In this document: positions 55,630-64,000 of the stretch, in pieces | How positions within the stretch are numbered: the first letter of the stretch is position 1 | Layout of the letters: each line of letters begins with the position of its first letter | From: Candidatus Latescibacterota bacterium | GTDB taxonomy: Bacteria; Latescibacterota; UBA2968; UBA8231 | Length of the DNA: 64,000 nt | Direction: 5' to 3' | Assembly (NCBI GenBank): GCA_964291625.2 | Contig: OZ220089.1 | Coordinates: 1,824,001-1,888,000, forward strand | Notes under the pieces: model-generated | Told to the model about the DNA's origin: nothing | The model's input: only the letters and a program-made list of their open reading frames with translations | Database searches by the model: none | Program-made: the position numbers and the translations under genes

Positions 55630-56204
55630 GCCCCAGGCCCCAGCTGATCATGCGCCGGCCCCACCTGCGGGAGGTGCCGGCCGCGGTCCCTCCCGAGGGC
55701 TACGAGCTGCGCCACTTCCGCCCCGGCGACGAGGCGGGCTGGAACGCGCTCATGGACCTGGCCTTCGAGCGCCGGGCGGGGCAGTCCGACTTCGCGCGCG
55801 AGATGGCCGCCGACGACCCCTACCGGCCGGAGCGGGTCAAGCTGGTCCTCGACGGGACGGGGCGCATCGTGGCCACCGCCTCGTGCTGGCGCCTGCCCCG
55901 GTTCGGCGATGAGGCGGCCATGCTGCACTGGGTGGCCCGCCACCCCGGCCACGGCGGCCGGGGCCTCGGCGGGCTGGTGTCGCTGGCCGCCCTGCACCAG
56001 GCCGCCGCCGAGGGCCTCCGGCGGGCCTTCCTGCTCACCGACGACTTCCGCGTTGCCGCCCTCCGGATCTACCTGCGCATGGGGTTCGAGCCCGTCATCG
56101 CCCACGGGAGCCATCCCGACCGCTGGCGCCGGATCCTGGAGGACCTGGACTGGCCCGAGCGCTTCGAGCCGATCCTGCGCGGCCCCCGCGAGCGCTACGA
56201 ATAG
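55626..56204 (+). CDS. GNAT N-acetyltransferase
   Basis: 'LHWVA..PGHGGRGLG', 'LTDDFR..ALRIYL.MGF'. Confidence 0.85.
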   Translation: MSPRPQLIMRRPHLREVPAAVPPEGYELRHFRPGDEAGWNALMDLAFERRAGQSDFAREMAADDPYRPERVKLVLDGTGRIVATASCWRLPRFGDEAAMLHWVARHPGHGGRGLGGLVSLAALHQAAAEGLRRAFLLTDDFRVAALRIYLRMGFEPVIAHGSHPDRWRRILEDLDWPERFEPILRGPRERYE

Positions 56205-56209
56205 GGCCG

Positions 56210-57475
56210 GTGGACTCCCTCTCCCAGGCCGCCCTCGGGGCCGCCGTCGGACACGCGATCGGCGGACGCCGCGCCGGTCGCAAGGCCGCCGCCTGGGGCG
56301 CGGCCCTGGCGACCCTGCCCGATCTCGACGTCTTCATCCCCCTCGGCAACGATGTCCTCGAGTTCACCTCCCACCGCTCCTTCACCCATTCCCTGCCGGT
56401 GATGGCCGCCGCCGCGCCTGTCCTGGTGTGGGCCCTCGGCCGGCTGCACCCCCAGGTGCGCGAAGATCGCCGCCGCTGGTCGGTCCTCGTCCTCGCCTGC
56501 CTGTGGACCCACGCCCTCCTCGACGCCTTCACCGCCTACGGCACCCAGCTGCTGTGGCCGCTGCCGGCGACGCCGGTCGCCTGGTCGACGATCTTCATCG
56601 TCGATCCCGCCTACACCCTGCCGCTGCTGGCCGGGGTGATCGCCGTCCTGGTGCGGCCGGGCCGGGTGGCGCACCGATGCAACACGGCGGGCCTCTGCCT
56701 GAGCACGGCCTACCTGCTGTGGACGGCCGCGGCCCAGAACCACGTGGAGGAGGTGGGGGCCCGCACGGCGGCGGCCGATGGCGTGGAGGTGGAGCGCATC
56801 ATGGCCACGCCCACCCCCTTCAACAGCCTCCTGTGGCGGATCCTGGCGATGACGCCGGAAGGGGACTACCTGGAGGGCTACCACTCCCTGGCCGACGGCG
56901 TCGACCGGCCCCCCGCGCTGCGCCGCGGCGACGGCGGACGCCGGCTGCTGGAGCCCCTCTCGGGGAGCTGGGCGGTGCGGCGGCTGCAGTGGTTCACGGA
57001 CGGGTACTACGCCGCGCGCCTCGACGGGCGGCGGGTGGTGCTCGTCGATCTGCGCATGGGCCTGGACCCGTTCTACGTCTTCCAGTTCGTCGTCGGCGAG
57101 ATCACCGCCGGAGGGGCGGAGCCCATGGCGGTGCGGGCCGGGACGGCGGGCGCTTCGCGGAGTCAGCTCGCCTGGGTCTGGCGCCGCATCCGCGACGCCG
57201 ACGCGGTCTGGGTGGACAGCGGCAGGCCCGCGCCGAGGATCCCCCGGAGCGGCCACCCTGAAATCCAAGAGGAGAGACAGCAATGGCAGAGTCGAATTCG
57301 CGGACGGTACTCATACGGCCCGGGCTGCTCGCCGACGGCCTCGGCGGCAGGGCCCGGGCCGGGGAGTCGGTCTTCGTGCGGGACGGCCGCATCGCCGCGG
57401 TGGGACCGGCGGCAGCGGTCGACAAGGAGGTGCCCCCCGGGACCGAGGCCGTCGACCTGCCCGGCTGCTGTCTGA
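56210..57475 (+). CDS. YdjM/DUF457 metal-dependent membrane hydrolase (3' end uncertain)
   Basis: 'MDSLSQAALG', 'LPDLD', 'HRSFTHS', 'THALLDAFTAYGTQ', 'DLRMG'; ORF runs into the next gene. Confidence 0.82.
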   Translation: MDSLSQAALGAAVGHAIGGRRAGRKAAAWGAALATLPDLDVFIPLGNDVLEFTSHRSFTHSLPVMAAAAPVLVWALGRLHPQVREDRRRWSVLVLACLWTHALLDAFTAYGTQLLWPLPATPVAWSTIFIVDPAYTLPLLAGVIAVLVRPGRVAHRCNTAGLCLSTAYLLWTAAAQNHVEEVGARTAAADGVEVERIMATPTPFNSLLWRILAMTPEGDYLEGYHSLADGVDRPPALRRGDGGRRLLEPLSGSWAVRRLQWFTDGYYAARLDGRRVVLVDLRMGLDPFYVFQFVVGEITAGGAEPMAVRAGTAGASRSQLAWVWRRIRDADAVWVDSGRPAPRIPRSGHPEIQEERQQWQSRIRGRYSYGPGCSPTASAAGPGPGSRSSCGTAASPRWDRRQRSTRRCPPGPRPSTCPAAV

Positions 57476-58545
57476 CCCCCGGACTGATCGACGGCCACAC
57501 CCACCTGAGCCTGCCCGGCGACGGCCGCCCCTACAACCAGACCTTCGGTGAGAGCGACGAGACCATGGTGCTCATCGGGGCCATGAACCTGCGCCGCCAC
57601 CTGGACGCCGGCATCACCACCCTGCGCGAGCACGGGGCCCGCAACCGGGTCGGCTTCATCCTCAAGGAAGGACTGCGGCGGGGGTACATCCCCGGGCCTC
57701 GGATGCTGGTCAGCGGCCGCCCGATCACCTGCACCGGGGGCCACTTCCACATGTGCAACGAGATCGCCGACGGCGAGGAGGAGATCCGCCGCTCGGTGCG
57801 GCGGCTGGTGCACGAGGGGGCCGACTACATCAAGGTGATGGCCTCCGGCGGCGGCACGGCCGGCACCATCCCGGGGCTCGCCTCCTACTCCACCCGGGAG
57901 CTGCGGGCGCTGGTGGGGGAGGCGCGCCAGTTCCACCGCCTGACGGCGGCCCACTGCCGCGCCAAGGAGTCGATGGTGCGGGCCGTCGAGGCCGGCATCG
58001 ACCTGATCGAGCACGTCGAGTTCCTCGACCCGGACCACCAGATGCGTTTCGATCCCAAGGTCGCCGAGATGCTGGCCGAGTCGGGAGTCTGGCTCAGCCC
58101 CACCCTGCAGGCCTGGACCAACTACCCCGCCATGGTGCGGCTGCGCCGGCGCCGCGAGCAGGGGGATCTCGGCGCCGCGGAGGAGGCGCAACTGGCCCAC
58201 CTGGAGCAGCGGGCGGGGAAGCGCATCGACCTGATGCGGAGGATGCTCGACTACTGCCTGAAGGAACGGATCGTCCCCGGCACCGACTCCGGGGTGGGAA
58301 CCCTCGAGTTCGGCCACATCGACTACGACCTGCAACTGCTGGTGGAATGCGGCTTCACCGCCGCCGAGGCCCTGGTCGCGGCGACCCGGATCTCGGCGGA
58401 AGCCGCCGGCATCGCGGACGAGGTGGGGACGATCGAGGCGGGAAAGGCGGCCGACCTGGCGGCCTTCGGCGGAGATCCGACCGAGGACGTGGCCGCCCTC
58501 AGCGACGTGAGGGCGGTCTTCCAGGCGGGGGTGCGGGTCAGGTAG
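57283..58545 (+). CDS. Amidohydrolase-family protein
   Basis: 'PGLIDGHTH', 'GADYIKVM', 'AAH', 'IEH', 'GTDSG', 'GKAADL'. Confidence 0.9.
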   Translation: MAESNSRTVLIRPGLLADGLGGRARAGESVFVRDGRIAAVGPAAAVDKEVPPGTEAVDLPGCCLTPGLIDGHTHLSLPGDGRPYNQTFGESDETMVLIGAMNLRRHLDAGITTLREHGARNRVGFILKEGLRRGYIPGPRMLVSGRPITCTGGHFHMCNEIADGEEEIRRSVRRLVHEGADYIKVMASGGGTAGTIPGLASYSTRELRALVGEARQFHRLTAAHCRAKESMVRAVEAGIDLIEHVEFLDPDHQMRFDPKVAEMLAESGVWLSPTLQAWTNYPAMVRLRRRREQGDLGAAEEAQLAHLEQRAGKRIDLMRRMLDYCLKERIVPGTDSGVGTLEFGHIDYDLQLLVECGFTAAEALVAATRISAEAAGIADEVGTIEAGKAADLAAFGGDPTEDVAALSDVRAVFQAGVRVR

Positions 58546-58585
58546 AGGAGCGGGGGTCCCGCGAGGGGGCCTCTCCCCGGGGGGA

Positions 58586-59383
58586 CTAGGTCTCCTCGTC
58601 GCCGACGGCGACGGTCTCGATCTCGAGATCTTCGCGCAGCTGAATGCGCTCGACCTGGCCGTCGCTGACCCGCACCACGCGGTCGGAGACGCTGAGCATC
58701 TTGTGGTCGTGGGTCGCGGAGATGACGGTGACGCCGAAGCTCTCGTTCATGCTGCGCAGCAGCTCGATGATCTCGGTGCCCGTGCGCAGGTCGAGGTTGG
58801 CCGTCGGCTCGTCGGCCAGCACCACCGCCGGGTCGTTGGCCAGGGCCCGGGCCACGGCGACCCGCTGCTGCTGGCCGCCGGACAGCTCGAAGGGCTTGTG
58901 GGAGTGGCGCTCGCCGAGACCGACCTTGCCCAACAGGTCCATGCCCTTGTCGCGGGACTCGTCGCTCGTGAGCCCGGCGAAGACCATGGGCAGGGTCACG
59001 TTCTCGAGGGCGGTCATCACCGGGATCAGATTGAAGGACTGGAAGATGTAGCCGATCTTGCGGCACCTCAGCCAGGCCAGCTCGTAGGCGTCGAGCTGGG
59101 CCACGTCGACCTCGTCGATGTAGACCTTGCCCTCCGTCGGCTTGTCGAGGCCGCCAACCATGTTGAAGAAGGTGCTCTTGCCGGAGCCCGAGGGGCCCAT
59201 GATCGACAGGTACTCGCCGGCGTAGATCTCGAGGTCGACCCCGCGCAGGGCGTGGACCTCGATCTCGCCCATCTGGTAGACCTTCTTGACCTGCTGGGTG
59301 CGCACCACCGTGCGCTTCTCCTCCTCGGCGCCGTCGCGCTTCTCGGCGGTTGCCGCAGCCGGTGCTGCCGTCGTCTCTGTCAT
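58586..59383 (-). CDS. ABC ATP-binding protein (LolD/MacB-like)
   Basis: GPSGSGKS, 'FQSFNL', LSGGQQQR, DEPT. Confidence 0.92.
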   Translation of the reverse strand: MTETTAAPAAATAEKRDGAEEEKRTVVRTQQVKKVYQMGEIEVHALRGVDLEIYAGEYLSIMGPSGSGKSTFFNMVGGLDKPTEGKVYIDEVDVAQLDAYELAWLRCRKIGYIFQSFNLIPVMTALENVTLPMVFAGLTSDESRDKGMDLLGKVGLGERHSHKPFELSGGQQQRVAVARALANDPAVVLADEPTANLDLRTGTEIIELLRSMNESFGVTVISATHDHKMLSVSDRVVRVSDGQVERIQLREDLEIETVAVGDEET

Positions 59384-59399
59384 GGTCAGCCGCCTTTTC

Positions 59400-60104
59400 T
59401 CAGGTGTCGGAGCGCATCGCCTCGACCGGCTCCATCTTGGCCGCCTTGTAGGCCGGGAGCATGGCGCCCACGAGGGACAGCAAGGTGCCCGAGACGATCG
59501 CCGCGAGGGCCGATCGGAGGATGCCCGCAGTGGGGAAGTAGTCGATGACGAACATGCCGTAGTCGAGCAGGGCCAGGGCCAGGGTCATCAACAGACCGAG
59601 GACGATGCCCACGGCCGTGCCCGCCGCCCCCTGGAAGGTCGACTCGAGGAGGAAGAGCTTGATGATGAAGGAGTCGAGGGCGCCGAGGCACTTCATGGTG
59701 CCGATCTCGCGGAAGCGCTCGGTCACCGACATGAGCATGGCGTTGGCGATGCCGACGACGCAGACCAGCAGGGACAGGCTGATGAGCCACGCCTGCTTGG
59801 AGCGCTCCTCCTCGAGGCGGGCCATGGCCTCGCCCGAGGCGGCGGCCTCGCCTTCGGCGGACATCGTCTCGATGCCGTTCTTCTGCAACAGCAGGTTGAT
59901 GTCGCTCTTGTTGGCCGCCCGCAGGGCGCCGATGATCTCGTTGTTGCTCCACACGGACATCAGGAAGGCGATGGCGAGGATGATGCCGCTGGTCGTGATC
60001 AGGGAGCGGCCGAAGCGGATCTTCAGGCTCCGCAGGCTGATCTCCAGGGCCTTGCTCATGGGCAGGGAGATCGAGCGCCCGCCCGCCAGTGCGTGTTCCG
60101 TCAT
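59400..60104 (-). CDS. FtsX-like ABC permease (short periplasmic loop)
   Basis: 'GIANAMLMSVTERFREIGTMKCLGA', 'PAYKAAKMEPVEAMR'. Confidence 0.88.
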   Translation of the reverse strand: MTEHALAGGRSISLPMSKALEISLRSLKIRFGRSLITTSGIILAIAFLMSVWSNNEIIGALRAANKSDINLLLQKNGIETMSAEGEAAASGEAMARLEEERSKQAWLISLSLLVCVVGIANAMLMSVTERFREIGTMKCLGALDSFIIKLFLLESTFQGAAGTAVGIVLGLLMTLALALLDYGMFVIDYFPTAGILRSALAAIVSGTLLSLVGAMLPAYKAAKMEPVEAMRSDT

Positions 60105-60169
60105 CTCGTCCTCTCAGAGTTGGCCACAGGACCCGGGAAGGTACGGCCCCGCGGGGGCGGCCATCAAGC

Positions 60170-61903
60170 TCAGCCGGAGTGGATGTCGACCAGGGGCAGG
60201 TCGTCCACCGACTCCGGCGCCAGGTCGAGGCCGGCGAGGCCGCCGGGCACCAGCCGCCGCCGCGGGGACCGCCGCCAGCGGCCGCGCACGTGGCCCAGAC
60301 CGTCGGTGACCGTGTCGGCGGAGAACAGGACCTCGTCCACGTCGTACTCCTGCACGAGCCTGCTCAGCTCCTCCAGCACCCCCAGGACGGGAGCCCCCGA
60401 CACGATCCGGCCCCGCTCCTCGCTGCTTCCCGCGAAGCCGACGATCTGGCAGTCGAGCCCGCCCCGGGCCTGGACGAGCTCCACGAACTCCCGCATGGCG
60501 GGGTCGGTGCCGGCCATGAGCAACCGCCGCCGCCCGAGGCGGCGCCCGGAGGTGGAGCGCGTCAGCCAGCGGGCCCCGAGGCGCCAGCCGGCGACCAGCA
60601 CCGTGCTGCAGACCCAGGCGGCGCCCGCCGCCAGACGCGAGAAGCTGTAGTCCCTGAAGAAGAAGGCGGTGGTCACCACCGCGGCGAATCCGAGGGCCAC
60701 CGCCAGGGCCGCCACGCCCGGCGAGTAGCGGCGGCGGTCGTAGAGACCGAGAGCGAAGAAGCAGGCCGACCAGATCGCCACCGGCACGATGTAGACCAGG
60801 AGCCACTGGAAGTCGGTGTAGCTCGGCGGCGCCACCCACTTGGTCGGGGTCACGTCGAGGCCGAGACCCCGGCAGACGCGCTCCAGGGCGGCGATCAGGG
60901 GCAGCAGGTCGGCGTGGTAGCGGACCAGCAGGGCCAGGCGCACGGAGAGGAGGAAGAGCAGCCCGTCGAGTACGGGCAGAGCCAGGTTGCGCGCCAGATG
61001 GCCGAGGAAGGAGTAGAGCCCGTAGGCGAGAATGCCGGCGTGGAGCATCCACGTGGGGAAGAACCGGTAGCGGTCCCGCATGTGCTTGCTGACGAAGGTC
61101 GACATGGCCGAGCTCTTGCGGAACTGGATGCGCATCGACTCGGCGCGCCCGCTCGCTCCTCCGAAATGGATGATCTGCGTCGCCGGCACGTAGTAGATCT
61201 TCCATCCCGCCTGGCCCATGCGGAAACACCAGTCGAGGTCTTCCCCGTACATGAAGTAGTCCTCGTCGAATCCCCCCACCTCCTCCAGGACCCGGCCCCG
61301 CACGATCATGCACGAGCCCGACAGGGCGTCGACCTCGCTCGTCTCCTCCGGGTCCAGGTAGGTGAGGTTGTAGCGCGCGAAGCGGCGGCTCCGCGGGAAG
61401 AGGCGGCTGAGGCCGGTGAGCTTGTAGAACGCCGCCGACGGCGTCGGGAAGCCGCGCCGGCAGTCGAGCTGCAGGCTGCCGTCGGGGTTGAGGATCCGGC
61501 ACCCCGCGGCGCCGGCCTCGGGATGCCGGTCCATGAACTCCACCAAGGTGCGCAGGGTGTCGGCGCGGACGATGGTGTCGGAGTTGAGCAGCAGGACGTG
61601 GCGTCCCTTCACCCGCCGGAAGGCGATGTTGTTGGCGCCGCCGAAGCCGAGGTTGCGGTCGTTGCGGATCAGCTCCGCGTGGGGGAACCCGGCCTCCACC
61701 ATCTCCTGGCTCCCGTCCCGGGAGGCGTTGTCGACGACGATCACCTGTACCCGCAGACCCTCGCTGGCCTCGTCCACCGTGCGCAGGGCCTGCTCCATCA
61801 GCTCCCGCGTGTTGTAGCTGGGGATGACGACGCTCAGGTCCACCCCGGCGGCGGAGTCGTCGGGGGCGGAGCCCGCGTCGCGGGTCGGTTCGGCGGCCGT
61901 CAC
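60170..61903 (-). CDS. GT2 glycosyltransferase fused to TM helices and a CoA-binding-like domain
   Basis: 'VVDNASRDGS', 'LLLNSD', 'FMYGEDLDWC', then TMs and 'QIVGF...PVLG...L..LVQEYDVDEVLF'. Confidence 0.85.
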   Translation of the reverse strand: MTAAEPTRDAGSAPDDSAAGVDLSVVIPSYNTRELMEQALRTVDEASEGLRVQVIVVDNASRDGSQEMVEAGFPHAELIRNDRNLGFGGANNIAFRRVKGRHVLLLNSDTIVRADTLRTLVEFMDRHPEAGAAGCRILNPDGSLQLDCRRGFPTPSAAFYKLTGLSRLFPRSRRFARYNLTYLDPEETSEVDALSGSCMIVRGRVLEEVGGFDEDYFMYGEDLDWCFRMGQAGWKIYYVPATQIIHFGGASGRAESMRIQFRKSSAMSTFVSKHMRDRYRFFPTWMLHAGILAYGLYSFLGHLARNLALPVLDGLLFLLSVRLALLVRYHADLLPLIAALERVCRGLGLDVTPTKWVAPPSYTDFQWLLVYIVPVAIWSACFFALGLYDRRRYSPGVAALAVALGFAAVVTTAFFFRDYSFSRLAAGAAWVCSTVLVAGWRLGARWLTRSTSGRRLGRRRLLMAGTDPAMREFVELVQARGGLDCQIVGFAGSSEERGRIVSGAPVLGVLEELSRLVQEYDVDEVLFSADTVTDGLGHVRGRWRRSPRRRLVPGGLAGLDLAPESVDDLPLVDIHSG

Positions 61904-62616
61904 GTGGAGCCGCGGCGTCGGAGAAGGCGCCGCCAACCGAAGACCAGGACCTGCTTGGCGAAGAGCAGGTACTCCCGCCAGTCGAGCTTGCTGGCGCTGA
62001 ACTGGCGGTTGCGGAAGACGTAGGGGATGGAGCGGTGGGAGCGGTACCGGCCCTTCACCAGGATCTCGAAGAGGATCTTGTAGCCGCCGGAGGTCAGGCG
62101 CAGGTCTCCCAGCACCTCCCGCCGCAGGCAGAAGTACCCCGAGAGCGGATCCTCGGCCCCGGTGATGAGCCGCGCCAGGCCGACGCCGAGGAAGGAGATC
62201 ATCTTGCGGTGCAGGGCCCACTTCATGACGCGGCTGGTCTCGCCGAAGCGGCTGCCGATCATCAGGTCGTGGGTGCGCAGGCCGCGCACGAGATCGGCCA
62301 GGATCGCCGGGTCGTGGCTCAAGTCGGCGTCGATGACGCCGAGGCAGGGGCGCTCGGAGTGGCGCCATCCCTCCATCACCGCCGAGCCGAGGCCGAGCTT
62401 GCCCGGGCGGTGCACAACCCTCACCGGGAACCGCCCCGTCAGCTCCTCGGCGGCCTGCCCCGTGCCGTCGGGCGAGTTGTCGTCGACGATGATCAGCTCC
62501 AGGTCGATGTCGTCGCAGCCGCCGAGGAGGCCGAAGATCTCCTCGGCCAGGAGGACGACGTTCTGGCGCTCGTTGTAGGTCGGAGCGACCAGGGAGATGG
62601 AGAGCCGGTCGTTCAC
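61900..62616 (-). CDS. Polyprenol monophosphomannose synthase-like GT2
   Basis: 'PTYNER', 'VDDNSPDGT', 'DADLSHDP', 'GSRF', 'DPLSGYF', 'SKL'. Confidence 0.88.
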   Translation of the reverse strand: MNDRLSISLVAPTYNERQNVVLLAEEIFGLLGGCDDIDLELIIVDDNSPDGTGQAAEELTGRFPVRVVHRPGKLGLGSAVMEGWRHSERPCLGVIDADLSHDPAILADLVRGLRTHDLMIGSRFGETSRVMKWALHRKMISFLGVGLARLITGAEDPLSGYFCLRREVLGDLRLTSGGYKILFEILVKGRYRSHRSIPYVFRNRQFSASKLDWREYLLFAKQVLVFGWRRLLRRRGST

Positions 62617-63545
62617 CTGCGGGGCATCTCCCCAAGGTCGACGAGGTTCGCGAAGTCGCGGCGGAAGGGTTCTGCGGAGGCCATCCGTTCCAGCCCCGAC
62701 TCCAGGTCGGCCGGGGCCCAGCCGAGCTCGCCCTCGAGCCGCTCCGTGCGCAGGCCCGAGCGCAGCGGCCGCGCCGCCGCCTGCCCGGCCTCGGCGGTGG
62801 TCACCGTCTCCAGCCTCCCGCAGTCCAGCTGGAAGAAGGCCGCGGTGCGGCGCACCAGCTCCTCCCGGGTCATGAACGAGGCCCCCCCCACGTGAAAGCA
62901 CCCGGCGGCGCCGCGGATACACAACTCGACGGCCGCCCGGGCGAGATCGGCCACCGGCGTCGGGTTGCCCCACTGATCGGCGACGACGCGCACCGTCTCG
63001 CCGCGGGCCAGGGCCGCCAGCGGCCAGGTGACCAGGTTCGGCCGCGCCCCCCGGCGGTGACCGTAGAGCCACAAGGTACGCACCACCAGTCCGGGGCCGG
63101 CCCCTTCGAGGACGACGGCCTCGCTCGCCAACTTCATGCGCCCGTAGCGCGACAGGGGGTTGGTCTCGTCCTCTTCGGAGTAGGGTCCGGCGGCGCCGTC
63201 GAAGACGTAGTCCGTCGACAGCTGCACCACGCCGCAGCCCGAGGCGGCGCAGGCGTTCACGAGGTTGGCCACGGCGTCGACGTTGATCCGCCGCGCCGGC
63301 GCGGGGTCGGTCTCGCACAGATCGACGTTGGTCTCCGCCGCCGTGTGGATGACCCGGTCCGGCCGCTCCCGGGAGATCAGCTCGCCGACGGCGCCCGGTT
63401 CGGTCAGGTCGACGACCCGGCACTCGCGTCCACCCACGGCACCGGGACGCCGGCCGCACCCCACGAGTTCCGCATCGGCGCCCCAGTCGGTCTCCAGGAG
63501 GGTGCGTCCCAGCAGCCCGTGGGCGCCGGTGACCAGCAGCTTCAT
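62613..63545 (-). CDS. rfbD: dTDP-4-dehydrorhamnose reductase
   Basis: 'TGAHGLLG', 'T.VDLCE', 'STDYVFDG', 'YGRMKLASE', 'DQWGNPT'. Confidence 0.88.
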   Translation of the reverse strand: MKLLVTGAHGLLGRTLLETDWGADAELVGCGRRPGAVGGRECRVVDLTEPGAVGELISRERPDRVIHTAAETNVDLCETDPAPARRINVDAVANLVNACAASGCGVVQLSTDYVFDGAAGPYSEEDETNPLSRYGRMKLASEAVVLEGAGPGLVVRTLWLYGHRRGARPNLVTWPLAALARGETVRVVADQWGNPTPVADLARAAVELCIRGAAGCFHVGGASFMTREELVRRTAAFFQLDCGRLETVTTAEAGQAAARPLRSGLRTERLEGELGWAPADLESGLERMASAEPFRRDFANLVDLGEMPRR

Positions 63546-64000
63546 CGCGGCTCCGCCCCGTCCTCGAGCCTCAGCAGGAGGGTGGCCATCGACGCCTGGG
63601 GCCGTGCCGGCGGAACCGGGTAGCGGAGGCCTTCCACGATCCTTCGGGCGCGGTCGGTCTCGCCGGCGGCGAGCAGCGCCTCGACGGCCAGAGCCTGTCC
63701 CGCCGGCCGCCGGCCGTCGTCGTCGAGGGCGTACCGCCGCGGCCAGGCCCCGGGGGCGGCCGGGTCGGGGGCGTCGGCGTAGGCGCCGGCGGTCGCCTCC
63801 CACAAGTGGCGGTCCGCCCATCCGAGGGCCTTCCGCGCGGCATCGGCGAAATCGTCGCGGCCGCTGTGACGGCCGAGGTCGCCGAAGGCGAGGGAGGCCA
63901 GCATCTGGTCGCTCAGCAGACCCGCGCCGGACTCGGGGCCGTCGTCGCGGCGGACCCTGCCGTCGGCGTCCAGGCATTCCCGCAGCAGGAAGTCGCCGGC
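63542..64000 (-). CDS. C-terminal part of a DUF255/YyaL-like (alpha/alpha toroid) protein, truncated by the window edge
   Basis: 'GLLSDQ', 'LWEATAGAYAD', 'DDGRRPAG'; stop overlaps the rfbD start. Confidence 0.55.
   Translation of the reverse strand, partial: AGDFLLRECLDADGRVRRDDGPESGAGLLSDQMLASLAFGDLGRHSGRDDFADAARKALGWADRHLWEATAGAYADAPDPAAPGAWPRRYALDDDGRRPAGQALAVEALLAAGETDRARRIVEGLRYPVPPARPQASMATLLLRLEDGAEPR

Noticed and set aside
57262-57475. Real 193-nt overlap of the YdjM hydrolase with the amidohydrolase
   Set aside because: The tail has no family-like character; more likely a lost stop or frameshift, as another frame stops at 57261

Overview
A 64-kb window of a very GC-rich bacterial chromosome. 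Its gene families (a small 'ERVARLY...ALG...IETP' HTH protein, a C-terminal 'TAVxxSWGQVK' motif, DUF5916/DUF4091/DUF2961 proteins, a TonB receptor) suggest an FCB-group diderm such as Ca. Latescibacterota; this is an inference. About 1-30 kb is accessory and mosaic. It holds a beta-propeller gene with a small Cys-containing peptide ORF behind tandem NarL-type boxes, a sigma-54/IHF-type promoter ahead of an ABC-2 exporter and an NtrC-type two-component system, a methyltransferase plus ABC efflux cassette, an ECF sigma operon, several pseudogenes and chimeric fragments, an orphan purM-like gene, birA and a MazEF-like toxin-antitoxin (TA) pair. About 30-64 kb is mostly housekeeping and metabolic: ferredoxin, proA, htpG, a geranylgeranyl reductase, ddl, a DadA-like oxidoreductase, a VapBC45-like TA pair, lactonase, aldolase, a radical SAM protein, a TPP riboswitch with a TonB receptor and thiN, a tandem-repeat coiled-coil protein, glycoside hydrolases, an ABC transporter and glycosyltransferases with rfbD. 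I saw no rRNA, tRNA, CRISPR array, integrase or intact IS. The best candidate for an undescribed system is the 321-9720 peptide/propeller/exporter/dual-regulator module. All family calls come from motif recognition by eye, not from database searches.
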